From: Candidatus Binatus sp.
GTDB lineage: Bacteria; Desulfobacterota; Binatia; DP-6
Assembly (NCBI GenBank): GCA_035476275.1
Contig: DATILR010000391.1
Location: forward strand, 63-64,062
DNA length: 64,000 bases
Direction of reading: 5' to 3'
Part shown: piece by piece, positions 57,054 to 64,000 of the stretch
How positions within the stretch are numbered: the stretch's first letter is position 1
Layout: every line of letters starts with the position of its first letter
Position numbers and translations under genes: made by a program
Notes under the pieces: model-generated
Told to the model about the DNA's origin: nothing
Seen by the model: the letters and a program-made list of their open reading frames with translations, nothing else
Databases searched by the model: none

Positions 57054-57808
57054 CCGGCCGCGGCGGCGCGCGCCTGGCGGAGAACGTCCGCCTGGAGCGC
57101 GGTGAGCGTCCGCACGCCTTCCCCCGCGGCGGCGAGCATGCGGTCGAGCTGTCCCAGGGTGAAGGGCTTCCCCTCCGCGGTGCCCTGGATCTCGACCAGC
57201 CGGCCCTTGCCGGTCATGACGAGATTCAGATCCACCTCGGCGCGCCGGTCCTCCTCGTAGTCGAGATCGAGGAGCACGCGACCGTCGACGATGCCCGCGC
57301 TGACCGCGGCGACGCTCCCCGTGATCGGCAGTCGGGAAAGCTGACCCGCGGCGTGCAGCCGCTCGAGTGCCAGCACGAGGGCCACGTAGCCGCCCGTGAT
57401 CGACGCGGTGCGGGTGCCCCCGTCGGCCTGGAGGACGTCGCAGTCGATGAGCACCGAGCGCTCGCCGAGCGCGTCCATGTCGACCACGGCCCGGAGGCTC
57501 CGGCCGATCAATCGCTGGATCTCGTGCGTGCGGCCGCCGGGGCCACGCCGCTCCCGTTCGATCCGTTCGACCGAGCTGCGGGGCAGCATGGCGTACTCCG
57601 CCGTCACCCAGCCACGGCCCTGTCCACGGAGAAAGGGCGGGACGCTCTCCTGCACCGTCGCCGTGCAGATCACCCGCGTCGCCCCCACCTCGATCAACAG
57701 CGACCCCTCGGCCGGCGGCAGGAACCCCGGGACCAGGCGGACCGGACGGAGGTGGCGGGGCCCCCGTCCGTCGGCCCGCCGGCCACTCCGGCGGCCCCGC
57801 TCAACCAT
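57050..57808 (-). CDS. rph: Ribonuclease PH
   Basis: Start refined to [23 protein letters not shown]… (…[20 protein letters not shown]…). The ORF-track N-terminal extension is spurious. Confidence 0.9.
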   Translation of the reverse strand: MVERGRRSGRRADGRGPRHLRPVRLVPGFLPPAEGSLLIEVGATRVICTATVQESVPPFLRGQGRGWVTAEYAMLPRSSVERIERERRGPGGRTHEIQRLIGRSLRAVVDMDALGERSVLIDCDVLQADGGTRTASITGGYVALVLALERLHAAGQLSRLPITGSVAAVSAGIVDGRVLLDLDYEEDRRAEVDLNLVMTGKGRLVEIQGTAEGKPFTLGQLDRMLAAAGEGVRTLTALQADVLRQARAAAAG

Positions 57809-57948
57809 TCGGCGTTCTCGGCCGATATAGCTCTCGATCGGCTCCCTGCATGGCAGTGCGCATAGCACGGCAGAGAAGTGGTTCGCCATTCTGATTGAGA
57901 CCCCGTCGGGGGGCTGTTACGTTTTCAGCATCCCGAGTTGAGGAGCAC

Positions 57949-58958
57949 GTGAGCGGCACGAACGGAGCGACCGAGGGCTATTCTCATCTGATCGGCGAAC
58001 ACCAGCTGATCCAGAAGATCACCCAGCTCGTCCGCAAGGTGGCGGTCACCGACGCCACCATCCTGATCACGGGAGAGAGCGGCACGGGCAAGGAGCTCGT
58101 CGCCCGCGCGATCCACGCGCTCAGTCTGCGGGTGGATCGGCCCTTCATCCCCGTCAACTGCGGCGCCATCCCCGCCGAACTCCTCGAGTCGGAGATGTTC
58201 GGTCACGAGCGTGGCGCCTTCACCGGCGCCATCGGCCAGCGGGCCGGCATGTTCCAGCTCGCGAACGGCGGCACGATCTTCCTCGACGAGGTCGGGGAGA
58301 TGAGCCCCACCCTGCAGGTGAAGCTCCTCCGGGTCCTCCAGGACCGTGAGATCCGTCCCGTCGGCGCCGATCGCGTCCTCAAGGTCGACGTGCGCGTCAT
58401 CGCGGCGTCGAACAAGGATCTTGCCGCCGAGGTCGAGGAGGGCAACTTCCGGGAGGACCTGTTCTACCGCCTCCAGGTCATACCGATCGTCATGCCGCCG
58501 CTTCGCGAGCGCCGCTCGGACATTCCGCTCCTCACCGGCCACTTCCTCGACAAGCACAATCGGAAGCGCTCCGGTCGCCCCGCACGGATCGCCGAGGAAG
58601 CAATGGTGCACCTCTGGGAATACGACTGGCCAGGCAACGTGCGCGAGCTCGAAAATCTTCTCGAGCGTCTCGTCATCCTCTCCGAGGACGGCATGATCGG
58701 CGTCGAGCACCTGCCGCCCAGCATGCGCTCCTTCATCTCGGAAAAGAAGATTCCGCGCCCCACCCTGGGCGAGGAGGGTCTCGATCTCAACACCGCGGTG
58801 GAAGAGTTCGAGAACCGCCTCATCGAGGAGGCCCTCCGTCGCACCAAGGGCAACAAGCAGGCGGCCGCCCGTCTGCTTGGCCTCAAGCGCACGACGCTGG
58901 TCGCGAAGCTGCGGCGCCGCCGAGGCGAGGACGCGGACGACGAACAAGAGGTGTCGGA

Positions 58959-58962
<4 letters not shown>
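57949..58962 (+). CDS. Sigma-54-dependent transcriptional activator without a receiver or sensor domain: an AAA+ sigma-54 interaction domain plus a C-terminal Fis-type HTH
   Basis: GESGTGKELVARAIH Walker A, GAFTGA sigma-54 contact motif, ESELFGHERGAFTGA, and a C-terminal KGNKQAAARLLGLKRTTLVAKLRR HTH. Only ~14 aa precede the AAA+ core. The GTG start has a GAGGAG SD. Confidence 0.85.
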
Positions 58963-59420
<458 letters not shown>

Positions 59421-59528
59421 CTCCCGCCTAGACGTGAGTGCCCGGCGCCTCTCGGCGACAGGCGCATTGGTAGAAAACATTAAGAGAAATCGTCCGACCC
59501 GCTCTCCGACAAGCCGTCGCCCCCCCCG

Positions 59529-59558
59529 TTGCCATCATCACCTTCAATAAGCTAAATA
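59529..59558 (+). promoter_or_regulatory. Candidate sigma-70 promoter TTGCCA-18-TAAATA for the RHH gene, in an AT-rich islet
   Basis: The AT-rich stretches cattggtagaaaacattaagagaaa and caataagctaaatagctcttt stand out against ~70% GC. Confidence 0.35.
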
Positions 59559-59597
59559 GCTCTTTCACCCGCCCCCGGGGGCGTGGGGGAGGCTTCG

Positions 59598-59783
59598 ATG
59601 GCGAAAGAAGATGACGTCCTCATCCAGCTTGCAACCCGCATCCCGAAAGGCCTCCATCGCGAGATCAAGCTGTTCTGCGTGCACAACGGCATCTCGGTGA
59701 TGGAGTTCGTGGCCGCCGCCCTCGAGGAAAAGCTGCGCAAGAGCAGCGTCCGCGGCGGTGGCCGGCGCGCCGCCGCCCGCTAG
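59598..59783 (+). CDS. Ribbon-helix-helix (CopG/ParG/Arc-like) small DNA-binding protein
   Basis: 61 aa. Beta-strand VLIQLATRIPKGLHREIK followed by helices LFCVHNGISVMEFVAAALEEKL. GGGGGAGG SD 5 nt before the ATG. Confidence 0.6.
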   Translation: MAKEDDVLIQLATRIPKGLHREIKLFCVHNGISVMEFVAAALEEKLRKSSVRGGGRRAAAR

Positions 59784-59806
59784 CCGACGGTCCGTCACAT
59801 GGTCGG

Positions 59807-59828
59807 GGACGCCGCGCCGTCGGCGTCC
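59807..59828. terminator. 8-bp stem hairpin GGACGCCG-cgccgt-CGGCGTCC between the convergent RHH and acyl-CoA dehydrogenase genes (candidate bidirectional terminator)
   Basis: Inverted repeat seen directly in the sequence. Confidence 0.35.
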
Positions 59829-59868
59829 TCGACCGCGTCTACCTCCCCCGCCCCACCTCGCACGGCAC

Positions 59869-61680
59869 TCAGCGCAGGAAGACCGGTCCCAGGCCGCGTC
59901 CCACCAGGGCCTCGGCAATCCGGGTCTTCACGGCGATCGTGCGGATCGGCATGTGGGGCACAATGCCCTCCAGCCGGAGGTGCATGCGAAGCTCCTCACC
60001 TTCGAGCTCGTTCACCAGCAGCCGGCGCGCCCCGTCGATCACCCGCTCGTTGGCCGACGACACGAAGACGTTGGTCATGGCGAGCCGCAGCGCGTCATCC
60101 GCCGTGGAGCCGTGGCCAGTGAGCAGCCGCGTCCGGTTCACCACGCTGTCCATGGCGTAGACGTCGATGATCATGTTGCTCAGGATCTCGAGGTGCTGCT
60201 GCTTGTCCTTGAGGGAAGCCAGTCCCCGTTCGATCAGCAGGCGAGCCGCGTAGGCAACTACCCGCTTGGCCACCTCGGCCGCGCGGATCTCCCGCCCGAG
60301 CTGGCCCGGAACGGCGGGGGGCCACGCGGCGCGGTCGGCGATCTCGCGGTCGAGCTGCTGGAGGAAGTCGGGGAACGGCAGCCCGCCCTGACCGATCCGC
60401 TTGAGGAGCGTCGCGGGGATGATGAGGCGGTTGATCTCGTTCGTGCCCTCGAAGATCCGGTTGATGCGCGAGTCCCGGTAGTGCCGCTCGACGGGATAGT
60501 CGGCGGTGAAGCCGTACCCGCCCAGGATCTGCAGGGCCTCGTCGGCCACGAAGTCCAGCGTCTCCGTACCGAAGACCTTCAGGATGGACGCCTCAATCGT
60601 GTACTCCTCGATCGACTCCCGCACCAGGCGCTCGGCCGCGTCGGGCGCGTTCGGATCGATGTGGTCCGCGGCCGCGTCCATCAGGCCCGCCGTCCGGTAG
60701 CTCATGCTGTCGGCCACGTAGATGCGGGTCGCCATGTCGGCGAGTTTCCGCTGGATCATGCCGAAGCTGGCGATCGGCCGACCGAACTGCCGGCGGTCTT
60801 TCGCGTAGGCGAGCGCGACGTCGAGACAATCCTTCGCGGCGCCGACGGATCCGGCGCCCAGCTTGAACCGTCCGATGTTCAGGATGTTGAAGGCGATCTT
60901 GTGCCCTTGCCCGATCTGGCCGAGCACGCTCTCCGCGCCCACCGGTGCATCCTCGAGGATCACCTGGCGCGTGGATGATCCGCGGATGCCGAGCTTCTTC
61001 TCCTCCGGCCCGGTGCTGAGGCCGGGCGTCGTGCGCTCGACGAGAAAAGCAGTGAAATGCTCGCCGTCCACCTTGGCGAACACGGTGAACAGGTCGGCGA
61101 AGGCGGCGTTGGTGATGAACTGCTTCGTGCCCGAGAGGCGATAGCCGCCGCCCGGCTGGGGCACGGCGCGCGTCTTGGCGCCCAGCGCGTCGCTGCCCGA
61201 GCCGGGCTCGGTCAGGGCGTAGGCCGCCAGCCACTCGCCGGTGGCCAGCCGCGGCAGGTAGCGTTGCTTCTGCGCCTCGGTGCCGTAGTAGACGATGGGC
61301 AGCGTGCCGATCCCGGTGTGCGCACCCCACGAAACGCTGAAGGAGGCGTAGAGCGCTCCGCGCTCGGAGACCAGCATCGAGGTCGTCTTGCGAAGACCGA
61401 GCCCCCCGTAGCGCTCCGGGATGTCGATCATCAGGAGGCCGAGCTCACCGGCGCGCCGGAGGAGCTTGGCCATCAGGCCTTCCTGCTTTGCCTCGATCTC
61501 CTCGAGGTGCGGGAGGACCTCGTGCCGGACGAAATCCTCGGCCGTCTTGGCGTAGAGCAGGTCGTCGCTGGTGAAGTCGGCGCCGGTGAACTGCGGAGCC
61601 GAGCCGAGCGGGCTGACGAGCCAGCTCGCGCCACCTCCGATCGCCCGGCCACTCGCCAGCCCGTGTTCGCCGGCGGGCAC
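59869..61680 (-). CDS. Acyl-CoA dehydrogenase, long (~600 aa) form
   Basis: ACAD N-, middle and C-terminal domains (…IDIPERYGGLGL…, …YALTEPGSGSDA…) plus a ~180-aa C-terminal extension. The GTG start at 61680 lies 10 nt after the upstream ORF's stop and is uncertain. Confidence 0.85.
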   Translation of the reverse strand: MPAGEHGLASGRAIGGGASWLVSPLGSAPQFTGADFTSDDLLYAKTAEDFVRHEVLPHLEEIEAKQEGLMAKLLRRAGELGLLMIDIPERYGGLGLRKTTSMLVSERGALYASFSVSWGAHTGIGTLPIVYYGTEAQKQRYLPRLATGEWLAAYALTEPGSGSDALGAKTRAVPQPGGGYRLSGTKQFITNAAFADLFTVFAKVDGEHFTAFLVERTTPGLSTGPEEKKLGIRGSSTRQVILEDAPVGAESVLGQIGQGHKIAFNILNIGRFKLGAGSVGAAKDCLDVALAYAKDRRQFGRPIASFGMIQRKLADMATRIYVADSMSYRTAGLMDAAADHIDPNAPDAAERLVRESIEEYTIEASILKVFGTETLDFVADEALQILGGYGFTADYPVERHYRDSRINRIFEGTNEINRLIIPATLLKRIGQGGLPFPDFLQQLDREIADRAAWPPAVPGQLGREIRAAEVAKRVVAYAARLLIERGLASLKDKQQHLEILSNMIIDVYAMDSVVNRTRLLTGHGSTADDALRLAMTNVFVSSANERVIDGARRLLVNELEGEELRMHLRLEGIVPHMPIRTIAVKTRIAEALVGRGLGPVFLR

Positions 61681-61690
61681 GCTCTGACCG

Positions 61691-62158
61691 CTAGTGCAGC
61701 GAGCGCTGGGGAAGCTCGCCGTCCGATTCGGCCAGCACGCGCGCGCGGAGACGAGCGGCGTCGACCCCCAGCGTCTCGCAGATGTTCTCGAAGCAGAACA
61801 CGTCGCTCCGATCGGCGCTCGTGAGCCAGGTGAGCGCTTCACGCCGGAGGTTCAGCCCGCGTCCGTGCGTCGCCCGCGCGTGCTTCAGAAGCGTCCGGAT
61901 GCCGTCCTCCAGGACCGCGAGCAGGAGTCGACGCTCACCGCATGCGGGCTCGGCGCGTCGATAGACGGCTTCGTAACGAACACAGACTTCGCCGTCGAAC
62001 CCCGACAGATCGACGACCGCGTGGCCCGGATGACCGAGGGCGGCCCGTCGACGCGCGCTGGGCGCGGCGGTGCGCGGAACCACGGACTGTGGAATCGCAT
62101 GCTGCCGCGTCTGGCTCGCGACGACGGCCGCCGTCCTCCCCGCTCTCGACGTTGGCAT
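61691..62158 (-). CDS. Hypothetical protein with four Cys residues. The start is uncertain, since the N-terminal ~40 aa are low-complexity.
   Basis: 155-aa ORF. Conserved-looking core …FDGEVCVRYEAVYRRAEPACGERRLLLAVLEDGIRTLL…SDVFCFENICETLGVDAARLRARVL… Its GC3 is noticeably lower than in the neighbouring genes. Confidence 0.45.
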   Translation of the reverse strand: MPTSRAGRTAAVVASQTRQHAIPQSVVPRTAAPSARRRAALGHPGHAVVDLSGFDGEVCVRYEAVYRRAEPACGERRLLLAVLEDGIRTLLKHARATHGRGLNLRREALTWLTSADRSDVFCFENICETLGVDAARLRARVLAESDGELPQRSLH

Positions 62159-62238
62159 GGCGCGGTCATGGCCCGCGCACCCGCTGCTGACAATCGGCCA
62201 AAAGCTTGATTTTCCATACCAAAATGGCGGGAGAAATC

Positions 62239-63645
62239 TCAGCCGAATTGCATTTCCTTCAGGTCGGGCGCGACGGCCAAGGGTGCGTCGGTGAGCTCCC
62301 GCACGCGCTCGAGTGAAACGCCGGGAGCTAGCTCCCGGAGTACAAATCCCTCCGGTTCAACAACTATATACGCGAGATCCGTGACAATTTCCTTGACGCA
62401 GCGGAGGGCCGTGAGGGGGTAGGTACAGCGTCGGACGAGCTTCGCTTGGAAGCGGCGCGTCGTATGGTAGGTGACCACCACCACCCTCGCCCCGCCGGAG
62501 GCCAGGTCCATCGCCCCCCCGATGCCGCCCTTGCCGGTGTCGGGGACGTTCCAGTTGGCCAGGTCCCCCTGCTCGGAGACCTGAAAGGCCCCGAGGACGA
62601 CGGTCGAGACCCGGCCACCCCGCGCCATGCCGTGCGCAGCGACGGAGTCGAAGAAGCTCGCCCCGGGTAGCATGCTCACGAGCTGTCCGCTCGCGTTGTA
62701 GAGATCGACGTCGTCGTTTCCTTCCTCCGCGAGCGGTCCGAAGCCGAGCATGCCGTTCTCGGAGTGCAGGATCACGTCGCGCTCGCCGGTGATGTAGTTC
62801 GACAGGAGGGTGGGCAGACCGAGGCCGAGGTTGACGTACTCGCCGTCGCGCAGGAGGAGCGCGGCGCGACGCGCCATCAGGTCGGGCGGCAGTCCTCCCA
62901 GATCGGGACGCGGCTCGACGTGAATCGCGCGCCCGAAGCGGCGGCTGAGCGCCCGGATCTCCTCGGTCGCGAGCGGGTGCTCGGTGTGCACGACACGGTC
63001 GACGTAGATCCCCGGCGTCACGATGCATTCGGGATCGATCTGGCCGGGGTTCACGACCTCGTCGACCTCGGCGATCGTGAGCCGGGCGCCGGTGGCGAAC
63101 GAGGGATGGAGATTCCGTGCGCCGCGACGGTAGACCAGGTTCCCGTGGTGATCGCCGCGGTGGGCGCGGATGAAGGCGAAGTCGGCGGTGAGCGCCGTCT
63201 CGAGGATGTACTCCCGGCCGCCGAACGTACGATGCTCCTTCCCCTCCGCCACCGGCGTCCCCACGCCGGTCGGCGTGTAGAAGGCGGGAATGCCGGCGCC
63301 CCCCGCCCGCACACGTTCGGCTAGAGTGCCCTGCGGAACGAGTTCCAGCAGCGCCACCTTCCCCGCCTTGATCTGCTCCTCGAGCGGTGTCGGGCGCGTG
63401 GGATAGGCGGCGAAGGAGGCAATCACCTTGCGGATGAGGCCCGCCTCGGCGAGCAGCTGCGCCGATAGCGGACCCACGCCAGGCGTGTTGAAGATCACCG
63501 TGAGATCGCGCGCGCCCCGATCGCGCAGGGCGAGAAGCAGGCTGTTGGGCCAGCCCTGCACCACGCCGAAGCCGCCGAAGAGGATGCTCGCGCCGTCGGG
63601 CACGTCGCGCACGGCAGCGGCGGCGCTCGGCACGACCTTGTCCAC
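62239..63645 (-). CDS. 3-oxoacid CoA-transferase, family I, with fused A and B subunits
   Basis: The N-terminal half is subunit-A-like (…ILFGGFGVVQGWP…). The C-terminal half is subunit-B-like (…RDGEYVNLGLGLPTL…SENGMLGFGP…). GTG start. Confidence 0.85.
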   Translation of the reverse strand: MDKVVPSAAAAVRDVPDGASILFGGFGVVQGWPNSLLLALRDRGARDLTVIFNTPGVGPLSAQLLAEAGLIRKVIASFAAYPTRPTPLEEQIKAGKVALLELVPQGTLAERVRAGGAGIPAFYTPTGVGTPVAEGKEHRTFGGREYILETALTADFAFIRAHRGDHHGNLVYRRGARNLHPSFATGARLTIAEVDEVVNPGQIDPECIVTPGIYVDRVVHTEHPLATEEIRALSRRFGRAIHVEPRPDLGGLPPDLMARRAALLLRDGEYVNLGLGLPTLLSNYITGERDVILHSENGMLGFGPLAEEGNDDVDLYNASGQLVSMLPGASFFDSVAAHGMARGGRVSTVVLGAFQVSEQGDLANWNVPDTGKGGIGGAMDLASGGARVVVVTYHTTRRFQAKLVRRCTYPLTALRCVKEIVTDLAYIVVEPEGFVLRELAPGVSLERVRELTDAPLAVAPDLKEMQFG

Positions 63646-63767
63646 GACGGAGGGACCTTCTAGCGCAGGTGCGTCGCGGGCGGCAACGCCAAGCGTCGCG
63701 ACGCGAAGGCGTGCACGGACACTGCGCGGCGATTGACCCGCTCGACCCTGCCCGGTACTTCCAGCGA

Positions 63768-64000
63768 ATGCCGGTGCCGGTCGAGGAGGTGGTCAGGGCG
63801 GCGCTCACCTCGACCAAGCCCGCCGAGGTCTGCGGACGCGTGCTCGAGATCGTCCGCGGCAGGCTCGCCGCCGACGCGGCGCTCCTCCTGCGCTCGGGGT
63901 CATCGGGGACGGGGTCGATCTCGGTCCACCGTGCGGCGGGGCCGGGGGTCACGGCCACCGTGGCGGGCGAGCTCCTCGCGCCCGCCTTCGCGCAGGACGA
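63768..64000 (+). CDS. Partial ORF with a GAF-domain-like N-terminus; it runs off the window end
   Basis: ATG followed by MPVPVEEVVRAALTSTKPAEVCGRVLEIVRGRLAADAALLLRSG… with very high GC3. Absent from the ORF track because it reaches the edge. Confidence 0.4.
   Translation, partial: MPVPVEEVVRAALTSTKPAEVCGRVLEIVRGRLAADAALLLRSGSSGTGSISVHRAAGPGVTATVAGELLAPAFAQD

Noticed and set aside
57809-57948. Search for a sigma-54 (-24 GG / -12 GC) promoter next to the sigma-54 activator gene, for example ATGGCAGTGCGCATAGC.
   Set aside because: GG-to-GC spacing is off by one or more in every candidate I could find. No convincing sigma-54 promoter was identified by eye in the intergenic regions I checked.
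62159-62238. A 30-aa plus-strand ORF (MAGEISAELHFLQVGRDGQGCVGELPHALE) in the AT-rich spacer.
   Set aside because: It is very short, overlaps the 3' end of the CoA-transferase gene, and has no SD. It is more likely part of a promoter or operator region for the minus-strand operon.

Overview
This 64 kb window is very GC-rich (roughly 70%) and is almost entirely conserved core genome, with nearly all genes on the minus strand. A sigma-54/NtrC-type regulators and LptFG-type outer-membrane permeases suggest a diderm, delta-proteobacterium-like organism. I found no CRISPR array, transposase, integrase, phage gene or defence system. In order along the minus strand (high to low coordinates) the window contains:
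- a fused-subunit CoA-transferase, a hypothetical protein and a long acyl-CoA dehydrogenase, forming one operon;
- a plus-strand module of a receiver-less sigma-54 activator, a standalone receiver and an RHH protein;
- rdgB-rph;
- tRNA genes for Pro, Arg, His and Lys;
- a three-gene mini-island of small proteins;
- tRNA-Leu;
- tig-clpP-clpX-lon;
- hupB;
- tRNA-Val;
- a tandem-GNAT protein;
- tRNA-Asp;
- rplM-rpsI;
- argC;
- lptF and lptG, on the plus strand;
- rlmB;
- the tRNA-Thr/Tyr/Gly/Thr-rpmG-tRNA-Trp-secE-nusG-rplKAJL-rpoBC cluster;
- rpsL-rpsG-fusA-tuf;
- the complete S10-spc-alpha ribosomal cluster, rpsJ through rplQ;
- argS;
- a SPOR-domain protein;
- a fully translationally coupled trpEGDCFBA operon;
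- the 5' part of accD.

The window therefore looks ordinary. The observations I consider most worth a second look are listed below.
- A family of about 60-100 nt structured, GC-rich intergenic repeats, present in three copies with compensatory stem changes.
- A 'split' NtrC arrangement, in which a sigma-54 activator without a receiver domain is translationally coupled to a standalone receiver and followed by an orphan RHH gene.
- A tRNA-flanked mini-island of three small genes, namely an orphan receiver, a signal-peptide protein and a two-helix mini-protein.
- Several regulatory RNA or DNA structures.

The regulatory structures include a perfect hairpin between rpsL and rpsG, a tandem 12-nt duplication of the tuf stop region, strong sigma-70-like promoters in AT-rich islets, and a 15-bp palindrome upstream of tRNA-Leu.

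CDS ends follow the ORF track, and most start codons were refined from it by frame arithmetic. tRNA, promoter and hairpin coordinates were read by eye and may be off by 1-2 nt.
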